This document shows, piece after piece, positions 10,097-20,767 of a stretch of 64,000 bases of DNA (position 1 is the first letter of the stretch; every line of letters begins with the position of its first letter). The translations under genes were made by a program, and so were the position numbers. The notes below the pieces were generated by a model that searched no databases, had not been told where the DNA came from, and was given only the letters and a program-made list of their open reading frames with translations. This DNA is from a bacterium (GTDB lineage: Bacteria; UBA8248), in contig OY843592.1 of NCBI GenBank assembly GCA_963692865.2, forward strand, positions 1,696,001 through 1,760,000. The letters are read 5' to 3'.

Positions 10097-11116
10097 ATGA
10101 AAATGTTGAAAGGAATCATTGCTGGTCTGTTGGCGGTCGCTCTTCTGAGCGCGCCGGCTTTCGCCGCGGACGACGCCACCATGCGCGCCGCCAAGAAAGA
10201 GGGGAAAGTCACCTGGTATTCCTCCATCACAATCAATATCGCGCAGGATATCTGCAACCGCTTCAACAAGAAAAAAATGGGCGTTCAGTGCGTCCTCCAC
10301 CGAGACGGATCGGGGAAGCTCTACCGTCGCTATCTGCAGGAACGCAAAGGCGGCATTTACGTCGCCGACGTAATTCACACGTCGAACCTGGGGCATTTCC
10401 TGAACTTGAAAGCCAAGAAGATCATCACGCCCTACAAGCCGGCCGGAACGGACAACTTCAACGCGAAGTTCGTTACCAAGGACAACTACTGGACGATTCT
10501 TCGCGCGGGCGTATTGATGCCCTTCTACAACACGAAGAAAGTCAGCGAGAAGGACGCGCCCAAGACGTATGCGGATTTCCTCGACCCCAAGTGGAAGGGC
10601 AAAATCATTCAATCACACCCCAGCTACAGCGGGTTCGTAACGAACGGCATGATCAACATCGTGAACAGGTTCGGCTGGGGTTATTATGAGAAGTTGGCCA
10701 AGCAAAAGCCGAAAATCGTGCAATCCGCGGCCGGCAGCGTTCCTCTCGTAGCGCGCGGGGAAGCTTTGATTGGTACGGGTACGACATCTTATACGCTGCT
10801 CAAGCAAATGCAGAAAGGCGAGCCTCTCAAGCCCGTCATTCCACCGGCGGGCTTGGCTCTGGTGACCTCACCGAACGGAGTGTTCACGAAAGCGCCGAAC
10901 CCCAACGCCGCGCGCGTGTTCACGGATTACCTGTTCAGTCAGGAGACCATGCAGCTTCTGGCGGACTACTTCCTCTACGTGGGCAATCCGAATGTGAAAT
11001 ATCCCAAGGGATTGCCGGCGCTCAAGGACATCAACTTGATGGCCATCGGCGGGGCGGAACTGAAGAAGAAGAACAAGCCGACGCGCGCGAAGTTTAAAAA
11101 GCTCTTCGGCGTGTAA
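10097..11116 (+). CDS. ABC transporter substrate-binding protein (AfuA/FbpA-like family)
   Basis: Signal peptide, AAKKEGKVTWYS, YNTKKV...APKTYADFLDPKWKGK and APNPNAARVF motifs. First gene of an ABC operon. Confidence 0.88.
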   Translation: MKMLKGIIAGLLAVALLSAPAFAADDATMRAAKKEGKVTWYSSITINIAQDICNRFNKKKMGVQCVLHRDGSGKLYRRYLQERKGGIYVADVIHTSNLGHFLNLKAKKIITPYKPAGTDNFNAKFVTKDNYWTILRAGVLMPFYNTKKVSEKDAPKTYADFLDPKWKGKIIQSHPSYSGFVTNGMINIVNRFGWGYYEKLAKQKPKIVQSAAGSVPLVARGEALIGTGTTSYTLLKQMQKGEPLKPVIPPAGLALVTSPNGVFTKAPNPNAARVFTDYLFSQETMQLLADYFLYVGNPNVKYPKGLPALKDINLMAIGGAELKKKNKPTRAKFKKLFGV

Positions 11117-11124
11117 CAAGTATG

Positions 11125-11167
11125 GGCGGGGGCGGTTTCTCGTGAAATATCGAGAAACCGCTCCCGC
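11125..11167 (+). promoter_or_regulatory. Intercistronic stem-loop after the substrate-binding protein gene (mRNA stabiliser or partial terminator)
   Basis: Inverted repeat gcggtttctcg / cgagaaaccgc between the SBP and permease genes. Confidence 0.6.
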
Positions 11168-11228
11168 TTCATTGCTTTACAGGCGCAATTTTCGATAGCT
11201 ACCTAACGCGAGAAGGATACACGCGCTT

Positions 11229-12974
11229 ATGACGCAGGACGCAAGCCAACTTCCCGGAACGATATCGGGAGGTGAGCCCTCAGCCACCAGGAAATTCGAC
11301 TATACCGTCATTGTTTGGGTTGTACTGCTTATCCTTCTAATCATCCTGGTGGCGAATCCCATCTTCCAGCTCTTCAAGGAAAGTTTCTTCGTTTCCGAGG
11401 ACGAGGCCGGCGGCTTCACCTTCCAGAACTACATCGACGCTTTCGAGACCGATGAATACTACAAGCCGATGTATATCACGATGATGCTCGCCATCTCCGT
11501 GGGCTCCATATCCCTGGTAGTGGGAGCGGTGATGGCCTGGGTCGTCAGCCGAACGGACATACCTTTCCCGAGTCTGATCAGGAACGGCATCCTGGCCTCT
11601 TTCGTTACCCCTCCCTTCCTGGGCGCCATCGCCTGGATCTTCCTGGCGGGCCAAAACGAAGGGTGGCTGAACAAGTCGATACGCTGGATATTCGGTTTGA
11701 GCGAGGAATTTTATCTGTTCGACATCTTCACGATGAAGGGCGTCATATTCGCCATGTCGCTCTATTCGTTTCCCCTCGTCTTCATCGTTGTTCTGGCGGG
11801 CCTGAACAACATCTCATCGGACGTGGAGGACGCGGCCAATGTGGCGGGCGGCGGCACGTTCCATACCATGTTTAGTATTACGTTGCCGCTGGTGGCGCCC
11901 TCCCTGTTTGCAGGTTTTATTCTGGCGGCGCTTGAGGCGATGATCCTTTTCGGCATCCCGGCGGTATTGTCGATTCCGGCAGGCCAGCACACGATGACAA
12001 CCCAACTGCGCGCTTTTATGGTTTCAGAAGATGACTTGCTCGGTTTGGCCTCGGCCTACGCGATGCCCATGCTTATTCTGGCGATCGGCATGGTTTGGAC
12101 GCGGGGCATTGTGTTGGGCCGCAGGGGTTACGCAACCGTCGGCGGCAAGGGAGGGCAGAGGCGTCCGCAAAAACTCGGCGTTTGGCGGATACCGATATTC
12201 ATTCTCTGCATGATTCCGCTCGTGTGCGCCATCGTGCTGCCCGGATTCGCTTTGCTGACCACGTCTTTCATGAGAAACCTGGGCGGCGGACTGGAATGGT
12301 CGAACTTCACCTTATGGAATTATCACTTCATCCTGACGAACGACGCGGTGAGGGTGTCGATCTACAATACGATTCTCCTGGCCATCATGGCGGCGACCGG
12401 CGCTACCATTGTGGCTGCGATTTCCGCTTTCATCGCTCAGCGCAAGCTCATCAAGGGCCATCAATACATGGGATTCATGGCGACCGCGCCCATCGGGATC
12501 CCCGGCATCGTCCTGGCGGTGGGCCTGTTCGCAGCCTATACGAAGCAGCCCTTCGTGCTGTACGGGACGCTTTGGATCATGTTCCTGGCGTATCTCACCA
12601 AATACCTGCCCCTTGCGTATCAGACGTCGAACGCGGGTCTATCGAGCATTCATCCCGAACTCGAGGAGAGTTGCCGCATCATGGGGGCGAATCGTCTCCA
12701 GGTTTTCAAGGACGTGACGGTGCCTCTGTTCAAGACAGCCGTCATCGCGTCTTGGATATTGGTGTTCATGCCGTCGCTCCGGGAACTGAGCGCCTCGGTT
12801 CTGCTTTGGACGACGAACACGAAGGTCATCTCGGTCGTCATCGTCGATTTTTACGAGGAATCGCTGTTGGGTCCCATATCGGCCTTGGGCGTCTTGCTCT
12901 TGCTCATCACTTTGGTGGCGATTGTGGTCGGGTTCCGTCTGGTAGGCAGGGACTTCATGAGTTCCAGTGGATAG
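11229..12974 (+). CDS. ABC transporter permease with two BPD_transp_1 domains (FbpB/ThiP-like)
   Basis: Two EAA-type loops (VEDAANVAGG and LEESCRIMGA) and about 12 TM helices. Confidence 0.9.
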   Translation: MTQDASQLPGTISGGEPSATRKFDYTVIVWVVLLILLIILVANPIFQLFKESFFVSEDEAGGFTFQNYIDAFETDEYYKPMYITMMLAISVGSISLVVGAVMAWVVSRTDIPFPSLIRNGILASFVTPPFLGAIAWIFLAGQNEGWLNKSIRWIFGLSEEFYLFDIFTMKGVIFAMSLYSFPLVFIVVLAGLNNISSDVEDAANVAGGGTFHTMFSITLPLVAPSLFAGFILAALEAMILFGIPAVLSIPAGQHTMTTQLRAFMVSEDDLLGLASAYAMPMLILAIGMVWTRGIVLGRRGYATVGGKGGQRRPQKLGVWRIPIFILCMIPLVCAIVLPGFALLTTSFMRNLGGGLEWSNFTLWNYHFILTNDAVRVSIYNTILLAIMAATGATIVAAISAFIAQRKLIKGHQYMGFMATAPIGIPGIVLAVGLFAAYTKQPFVLYGTLWIMFLAYLTKYLPLAYQTSNAGLSSIHPELEESCRIMGANRLQVFKDVTVPLFKTAVIASWILVFMPSLRELSASVLLWTTNTKVISVVIVDFYEESLLGPISALGVLLLLITLVAIVVGFRLVGRDFMSSSG

Positions 12975-12989
12975 AAAGGGAGATTTGCG

Positions 12990-14069
<1,080 letters not shown>

Positions 14070-14079
14070 AGCCTCATCC

Positions 14080-15042
14080 ATGCAAATCGTTATTCCCGAC
14101 GATTGCTTCCGGTTGTTCGAAGATTCAGAAGCCCTTGGGAGACTGCGCGCCTTAGGCGACGTGCATTACTACACCGATAATGCCGAGACCGAAGAATCGC
14201 TCCGCGAGCGCCTGAAAGATGCGGAAATCATCCTCACGACCAGGTACCAGACTGACTTCAAGACGACCGATTTGCTGGATCACATTCCCCGTCTCAAAAT
14301 GATATCCGTGATGGGCACGCGCCCGCGCATGATCGACATGGAGCGCGCCAACGAACGCGGGGTCGTGGTGAGCACGACGCCTGCGGCGAGCGCCTCTTCC
14401 GTGGCCGAGCACACCATGATGCTGATACTGGCGCTGGCGAAAAGAATGCCGCTCATGTTCCCCGCTATGAGAGACGGCGGCTGGCCTCAGGAGCAAGGGG
14501 TCGAGCTCGCCGGAAAGACGCTGAGCCTCATCGGTTTCGGTCATATCGCCCGTTTGGTCTGCCGCATGGCCCTGGGCTTCGGTATGCGGGTCATCACCTG
14601 TTCTCCTTCGATGACGCCCGAACGCGCGCAGGCGGAGGAGGCGGAAGCGGCCTCCGTCGAGGAATGCCTCACGGCTGACGTGGTGTCGCTCCACCTTCAT
14701 TTGCCGGCGGGCGCCGCTCCTTTCATGACGAGAGAAAAATTCGCGCGGATGAAGGAGACGGCGTTTTTCATCAACACGGCGCGCGCTCGGATTGTGGATG
14801 AGGATGCGCTGCTGGACGCCTTGCAAAACCGGCGCATCGCAGGTGCGGGTCTGGACGTTTTCGAGCCTTTCGAGCCGTTGCCGAAGGAATCGATATACAG
14901 GACTTTGGATAACGTCGTCATTACGCCGCATTCGGCCTGGATCACGGACGGCGCCCATGCGAGGTTCCGCAACGTGCCTGTGGCGAACGTCGAAGCGTTC
15001 CTGAGAGGCGCGCCCGTCAACGTCGTTACAGATAACGCGTAA
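14080..15042 (+). CDS. D-isomer-specific 2-hydroxyacid dehydrogenase family protein
   Basis: GFGHIA dinucleotide motif, INTAR, AGLDVF..EP and TPHSA. Lies 10 bp after the ABC ATPase gene. Confidence 0.88.
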   Translation: MQIVIPDDCFRLFEDSEALGRLRALGDVHYYTDNAETEESLRERLKDAEIILTTRYQTDFKTTDLLDHIPRLKMISVMGTRPRMIDMERANERGVVVSTTPAASASSVAEHTMMLILALAKRMPLMFPAMRDGGWPQEQGVELAGKTLSLIGFGHIARLVCRMALGFGMRVITCSPSMTPERAQAEEAEAASVEECLTADVVSLHLHLPAGAAPFMTREKFARMKETAFFINTARARIVDEDALLDALQNRRIAGAGLDVFEPFEPLPKESIYRTLDNVVITPHSAWITDGAHARFRNVPVANVEAFLRGAPVNVVTDNA

Positions 15043-15058
15043 GAAGACGGACGAAACA

Positions 15059-15097
15059 GCTCCGGCAGGCCGATGCGCCGCCGGGGCGGTTTTTGTT
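15059..15097 (+). terminator. Probable intrinsic terminator of the ABC operon
   Basis: GC-rich stem gctccggc / gccggggc followed by ggtttttgtt. Confidence 0.55.
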
Positions 15098-15778
15098 CTA
15101 CTCTTTTTTGATCAGTATGTTGTTGTACACCAGGGCTGCCGCCACGCCGCCGATGACGGGTCCTATCCAGTAGACGAGATGGTTCACGCCGTCGAAACCG
15201 CCTCCTGCCAATGCGGGGCCGAAGGTGCGCGCCGGGTTCATGGACGCTCCCGTGAGCGGACCGCCCATCAGAATGTCCGCGGCGATGGTGAGGCCGATCG
15301 CGAAACCGCCCACGTCGGGATGTCTGTCGTCCACGGCGGAGCCCCAGATGACGGTGACGAGGAAGAACGTGAGGATGATTTCGATCAGAATCCCCATGCC
15401 GAAACTCACGTCACTCGCCAGGGTCGGGGTTCCCAGATTCACCTTTTGCCAGACGTCGGCGGTAAAAATGATTCTGAGCAGGATACCGGCCACGGTCCCG
15501 CCCACGAGTTGACTGATGATGTAGGCGATGCCCGTGCCGCTGTCGGTTTTTTTCGTGACCATAAAGCCTATCGTGACGGCAGGATTGAAATGACCGCCCG
15601 AGACGTGTCCCATGGCGGAAATCATGACCGAGAGGATCAATCCATGGGCGAGGGCGATGCCGATGAGGCCCACGGCTCCGCCCGTTTTCTGGTTCAAGAT
15701 GATGGCGCCCGCGCCGATGAAGCACAGCGCAAACGTGCCGATGGCTTCCGCTACGCAGGCCCTTCCTGTAGGACTCAT
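15098..15778 (-). CDS. Aquaporin (MIP family)
   Basis: Two NPA motifs (SGGHFNPAVT and GASMNPARTFGPA). Confidence 0.95.
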   Translation of the reverse strand: MSPTGRACVAEAIGTFALCFIGAGAIILNQKTGGAVGLIGIALAHGLILSVMISAMGHVSGGHFNPAVTIGFMVTKKTDSGTGIAYIISQLVGGTVAGILLRIIFTADVWQKVNLGTPTLASDVSFGMGILIEIILTFFLVTVIWGSAVDDRHPDVGGFAIGLTIAADILMGGPLTGASMNPARTFGPALAGGGFDGVNHLVYWIGPVIGGVAAALVYNNILIKKE

Positions 15779-15896
15779 TTTCTTCTCCTTATTCGTTCGG
15801 GCGAAAGAATTGGAGGAAAATTCATGCCGCTATTGATTCGATTTGAAGGACTCCAAGCGAGAATAACAGTCTATCCATATGCCTCATTATAGCAAA

Positions 15897-16856
15897 TCAT
15901 GATGGGCGCACCACGTTTTGGGGATTTCCCGAGAGCGCGGCGGCAATGTTTTCCACCGACATCAAAAGGCCCGCTTCGGTTACCTCGGGCGTGATGCCCG
16001 CGTTGTGCGGGGAGAGAACCACGTTTTTCAGTTTCCCGAGCGGATGATTAGCGGGCAAAGGCTCCTGATCGAAAACATCGAGACCCGCCGCGGCCAAGGT
16101 TTCGTTCTGCAAAGCCGATATGAGCGCCTCTTCATCCACGATGGGTCCACGGGCGGTATTCACCAAGATGGTGTTCGGCCCCATGCGGGATAACGCCTCG
16201 GCGCCGACCATGCCGATGGTGTCCGCCGATTGCCGCACGTGTATCGAGACGACGTCGGCCCGTTCATATAGAGAGTTCAAGTCAACGAATTCCAGTCCCA
16301 CTTCTTCGGCGAAATCATCGTCCGGATGAAACGTCCAGGCGATGAGCTTCATTCCGACCCCGGAGGCGATGCGGGCCGTCTGGCGGCCGATGGCGCCAAG
16401 GCCGATGAGGCCGAGCGTTTTTCCGTGCAATTGCTTCATCTGTCCCCGGGGCCACTCGTCCGCCCGCATGGCGGAATCATTGGCAGGTATTTGACGCGCC
16501 GCCGCCATCATCAAGGCCAGGGTGTGTTCGGCGACGGAAACGGCGGCCACGCCCGGCGTGTTCGATACGATGACGCCTGCGCTCTCGGCTGCCTTCAAAT
16601 CGACGTGGTCCGTCCCCGTGCCCCAGATCGAGAGTACCTTGAGATCGCTGCAATTCGAGAAAAAATCCGCGTCGAATTTGCAAAAAGCCCGGATGTTGAT
16701 GATTCCATCGGCCCCGGAAACGCGTCTCAGCAGTTCTTCGGACGTTTGCGGGTTTGAGGTATGGATTTCCGCATCCCCGATCTCCCGCAGGCGGGCATCG
16801 GCGCTGCTGTCCAAGAAAACGGAAGGGTAGTCATCCGGCACGACGATTCGGTTCAC
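15897..16856 (-). CDS. D-2-hydroxyacid dehydrogenase (phosphoglycerate dehydrogenase-like)
   Basis: GTGTDHVD, GLGAIG, VNTARG, AGLDVF.QEP and SPHNAG motifs. Confidence 0.9.
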   Translation of the reverse strand: MNRIVVPDDYPSVFLDSSADARLREIGDAEIHTSNPQTSEELLRRVSGADGIINIRAFCKFDADFFSNCSDLKVLSIWGTGTDHVDLKAAESAGVIVSNTPGVAAVSVAEHTLALMMAAARQIPANDSAMRADEWPRGQMKQLHGKTLGLIGLGAIGRQTARIASGVGMKLIAWTFHPDDDFAEEVGLEFVDLNSLYERADVVSIHVRQSADTIGMVGAEALSRMGPNTILVNTARGPIVDEEALISALQNETLAAAGLDVFDQEPLPANHPLGKLKNVVLSPHNAGITPEVTEAGLLMSVENIAAALSGNPQNVVRPS

Positions 16857-16976
16857 GAAAAAGTCCCTTTATGATTATTTGAGAGCGATTGCCAAGGCGA
16901 TTCTCTTTTATCGCCCTGGCGTGCATAATGGCGTCTTTCTTCCGCTATTCTTATGACACCAAAGGAGACAAGACAA

Positions 16977-17531
16977 GTGGAGCCTCTCGATCCGCGTAAA
17001 GACAGCGCTGTTCCCGGTGAGCGCGCCATCGACAAGCCCGAACTTCCCACGCAGGGCTATGCCTTCACCATGTCCGCCGACGCCGAAACGATAGAGGGAA
17101 AGGGCCAACTCAAACAGGGGACGCACAGACATTTCGAGGTGTATTGCGACGAGCCGCCCCGCATCGGCGGTGAGGATTCCTACCCCCAGCCGCTTTGCTA
17201 CATCGCCATGGGGGTGGGGTTCTGACTCCTGACCCAGCTTGCGCGGTACGCGCATATGATGAAAGTCTCCTTCACGCACGCCAGGGTGCGCGTGGATTTC
17301 GATTACTTTTTGGGGGGTTCCGTCTTGAAGGGCACGGTGAGTGCCGGCTGCAACGAAGTACGCACGCACTTCGAGGTGGAATCCGATGAACCGGCGGAGA
17401 AAATTCTGGCGGTCATCAAGAACGCGAAGCAAGGCTGCTTCGCCGAACAAATGGTGACGGCCGCCGTTCCGCTGAAAAGCACCGTGAACCTGAACGGCGA
17501 ATCTATCTCTCTGAGCGGCGTTACGGCGTAA
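16977..17531 (+). CDS. OsmC-like selenoprotein (TGA 17223-17225 read as Sec)
   Basis: ORFs 16953-17225 and 17256-17531 are in the same frame, separated by one TGA: DEPPRIGGEDSYPQPL..GVGF-U-LLTQ...KQGCF. The TGA sits at the OsmC peroxidatic Cys position. Hairpin at 17240-17254. AAGGAG RBS before GTG 16977. Confidence 0.8.
17240..17254 (+). promoter_or_regulatory. Putative bacterial SECIS hairpin
   Basis: tgcgcg-GTA-cgcgca. The loop G is the 21st nt after the in-frame TGA. Confidence 0.6.
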
Positions 17532-17637
17532 AGCGCTTTGCTTCATGGTTTGAAACAGGCCCTCGCCGCCTGGAGGTTTATCGTAATCCGTCACTTGAGA
17601 CTGAAAAGAACGGTTTCGTCCTCCCGAAAAGGAAGGT

Positions 17638-19146
17638 TTATGCGGAGGCCGCGTTCGCCTTGGCGGCGCGCTGTCCCGCTGCGGTGCCCGCCAGCCGTCC
17701 GTAGACGGAGCCCAGGGTAAGCCCCGCTCCTCCCGGGTAGTTGAAATAGTAGACGCCGCCCACGAGTTCTCCCGCTGCGAACAGCCCGGGGATGAGCTCG
17801 TTCTCGGTGTTCATTACCTCCGCTTTGGGCGTCACGCGGATGCCGCCGAAAGTGAACGTGATGCCGGTCGTGACGGCGAAACCGAGATAGGGCGGCTCGT
17901 CGATGGGAAGCGCCCAGTTCGATTTCGGGGGGTCGATGCCCTTCGTGGATTTGCCGTCTTTGATGGTCGGGTTGTACTCGCCCGGCTGGATGGCGTCGTT
18001 GTATTCCTGAACGGTTTTAACGAATTCATCGACATCGATCTCGAGTTGCCTGGCGAGTTCTTCCAGCGTGTTGGCCTCGGCCTTGGTGACTTCACGGATG
18101 CGATATTCGTCGCGCAGCATGTGAACCGTTTTCTGGTCGAATATCTGAAAAGCGGCCCGTTGGGGCTGTTGGAGAATGTTCCGGCCGTATTTTGCGTAGG
18201 TATAGTTTCTGAAATCGGCTCCCTCATCCACGAAACGCTTGCCCTCGATGTTCACGATGATGCCGAACGGGTAGGAGTGTTTCTGGTAGGATTCCCCTAC
18301 CGTCAGATCACCGAAGGGCGGGGCGTTCAAGTCCCAGGCGACGGCGTGACAACCGCTCCAATTGCCGTAGGGCTGGGCGCCGATATCAAGCGCCATTTTG
18401 ATGCCGTCGCCCGTGTTGTAGGGGGTGCCGCGGACCTTCGCGAGTTCCCAGCCTGGACCGAGGTAACGGCAGCGCATCTCGGAGTTGGCCTCGAAGCCGC
18501 CTGACGCCAGAACGACCCCGTGGGTTTCGACTGTATAGGGCCCATCGGGGCCTTTGACTTCGACGCCGGTCACACCGCCCATCGGGTCGGTTATCAGGCG
18601 CATCGCCTTGGAGGCATAGCGAATCTCGACGCCCGCGTTGTTCGCGGCATCGAGGAGTGAGTCGATGAGGCCGCGCCCGCCACCGACGATCTCGAGAACC
18701 AGACCACCCCAGAAGCGCATCTTGCCGTCTACCTTGAAGGCTTGTCGGCCGCTTGCCAGGATCAGTCGCAAACCCTTTGACTGCATCCATTTGAGCGTCG
18801 GAAACGACTCGTGGATGAGGACGGAAGCGAGGTCGCCGTCTGTCTGGTATTCGGTCAGCATGGCGAGATCGTCAAAGAATTTTTCCGACGTATAGGGATC
18901 GATCTCGATGTTTTCTTTCTCGGCTTCGGAGAGATCGGGCACGAGCGAGTAGATGTCTTCGATGCTGTGGAAGGCGAAGCGGAAAAGGCCTCCCGAAAAA
19001 GCCGAATTCCCGCCGCGCCATGCTTCGGGCGCTTTTTCCAGCACCAGAACCTTCGCTCCCTCGTCTCGCGCCGCAAGCGATGCGCATAGAGCGGCGTTTC
19101 CGCAGCCCACGACGACGACATCGTATTTCTCCGTAGCATTCAGCAT
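17638..19146 (-). CDS. tcuA: FAD-dependent tricarballylate dehydrogenase TcuA-like flavoprotein
   Basis: VVVGCGNAALCA FAD motif, RGGNS, VLASGGFEAN, RGTPYNTGDG, TGITFTFGG and NYPGGAGL. Confidence 0.75.
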   Translation of the reverse strand: MLNATEKYDVVVVGCGNAALCASLAARDEGAKVLVLEKAPEAWRGGNSAFSGGLFRFAFHSIEDIYSLVPDLSEAEKENIEIDPYTSEKFFDDLAMLTEYQTDGDLASVLIHESFPTLKWMQSKGLRLILASGRQAFKVDGKMRFWGGLVLEIVGGGRGLIDSLLDAANNAGVEIRYASKAMRLITDPMGGVTGVEVKGPDGPYTVETHGVVLASGGFEANSEMRCRYLGPGWELAKVRGTPYNTGDGIKMALDIGAQPYGNWSGCHAVAWDLNAPPFGDLTVGESYQKHSYPFGIIVNIEGKRFVDEGADFRNYTYAKYGRNILQQPQRAAFQIFDQKTVHMLRDEYRIREVTKAEANTLEELARQLEIDVDEFVKTVQEYNDAIQPGEYNPTIKDGKSTKGIDPPKSNWALPIDEPPYLGFAVTTGITFTFGGIRVTPKAEVMNTENELIPGLFAAGELVGGVYYFNYPGGAGLTLGSVYGRLAGTAAGQRAAKANAASA

Positions 19147-19430
19147 TTCTCAAAACCTCCTCGAAGCCTTCTGTTCAAGGCGACTCGTATTTGTGCGGAT
19201 TTAGGGATGAGCCATTTCCACGGGGGTTTTCCATCAAGTCCGAAAGTGAGGAAAACTGGCTCTTAACTAGCATAATGACGGGGCCGGGTCAAAAAGTCCC
19301 GGGATAAGATGACTATTCACGGCATCGTGCTAATTCCAGAAACGTGTATCCTGACGACATCTGATTGGTTGACCATGCCGGTCGCCTCGCATAGAATTTT
19401 CTGCTCATTTCCCATCCTCAAAGGAGCATC

Positions 19431-20747
19431 ATGGAAGCGGCTGCCTACCGGAGTTTCATGGAAGAGAGAATCACCCAAATCACCAAAGCCTGTACGCATT
19501 GCGGAAAGTGTTACGAGGTCTGCCCGATGGTCCCGTATTCAGAGGCCAAAGGCGCGGAGCCCGAGCGGGTGACGAAATCCGTGCTCGACATCATCAACGA
19601 TCGCTCCTATGAACCGGAAGGGGCGCTTTGGGCCAAGGCTTGTCAAAAAAGCGGCGTTTGCATCGAGGCCTGCCCGGAGGACGTCAACCCGCGTGAAATG
19701 CTCACCTACGCGAAGCTCAAGCTCCAGAATATCGAATCAGAAGAAGCGGACCTCCAAGAGGCCGGCAGGTCGTATTTTCAGGATCTGAGCCGGAAGATTC
19801 GTTTCATGGCCGCACTCCAGCTCGAGCCCGAGTTGTTCAGGAATCTCACCGCCGTGCGTGGCTCGGAGGCGAACAAAGTGGATGCGGTGTTTTACTTTGG
19901 ATGCAACATTCTCCAGACGCCCCATATCCTGCTCTCCTGCATCGATGTCTTCGACCGTCTTGGGCTGGACTATGAGGTGGCAGGGGGCGTGGGCCATTGT
20001 TGCGGCATCAACCACATCAGGCGTGGGGATCTGGAGGCGGGAGCAGAGATGGGCGCGCGGTCCCTGGAGTATTTCAAATCATATGCGCCTGAGAAAGTCA
20101 TTACATTTTGCCCCACTTGCCAGATGCAGTACTCTGAATATCAACATCTCTACACCGGAAAACCGGTTTTACCCATGGCGGGAGAGTTGAAATCTAACGA
20201 GGAGGAAATCCTGCCGTTCATCCACATCACGCAATATCTGGCGGATAATCTGGAAACCTTGCGGGGAGAATTCACGCAAAAAGTGGAAAAGCGCGTGGCC
20301 GTGCATCTACACGGCGGGAGCGATGGCGTAGAGGAAAACGTCTTGAAAATTCTCCGGGCGGTTCCGGGGATAGAGTTCGTGGAGATTGAACAGCTAGCTG
20401 ATCATGCCTATCAGTGCCCCACGCTCGTCATTCCAGAGGCGAAAGCGGCGATGCGCGAGAGACTTTTCGACTCGGCGCGCCGCGCTCGGGTCGACTCTTT
20501 GCTAACCGTTTATCACAGTTGTCACCGTGAACTATGCGGTCTGGAAAAGGGTGAATCCTTTGAAATCGAGAATTTCATGACGATTCTAGGACAAGCGATG
20601 GGTTTCGAGTATCCCGACTACACGAAGACGTACAAAATCTATGAGGATATCGACCGGGTTATTCATGAGGCGGGCGACACACTGCGCGCCTTCGGAATGG
20701 CGCCTGAAAAAATGCGTGATCAGCTTCAAACGGCGCTCTATGGTTGA
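19431..20747 (+). CDS. Fe-S oxidoreductase with CCG (cysteine-rich) domains (GlpC/HdrD-like)
   Basis: CxxCxxCxxxCP, a second partial Cys motif (CQKSGVCIEACP), YFGC, CCG and CPTC. Confidence 0.85.
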   Translation: MEAAAYRSFMEERITQITKACTHCGKCYEVCPMVPYSEAKGAEPERVTKSVLDIINDRSYEPEGALWAKACQKSGVCIEACPEDVNPREMLTYAKLKLQNIESEEADLQEAGRSYFQDLSRKIRFMAALQLEPELFRNLTAVRGSEANKVDAVFYFGCNILQTPHILLSCIDVFDRLGLDYEVAGGVGHCCGINHIRRGDLEAGAEMGARSLEYFKSYAPEKVITFCPTCQMQYSEYQHLYTGKPVLPMAGELKSNEEEILPFIHITQYLADNLETLRGEFTQKVEKRVAVHLHGGSDGVEENVLKILRAVPGIEFVEIEQLADHAYQCPTLVIPEAKAAMRERLFDSARRARVDSLLTVYHSCHRELCGLEKGESFEIENFMTILGQAMGFEYPDYTKTYKIYEDIDRVIHEAGDTLRAFGMAPEKMRDQLQTALYG

Positions 20748-20767
20748 GCGCTGAGCCTTCCGGGTTT

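Noticed and set aside
16890-16920. Imperfect inverted repeat gccaaggcgat/atcgccctggc in a divergent promoter region
   Set aside because: It could be an operator, but it is a single instance with no regulator gene nearby, so there is too little support.
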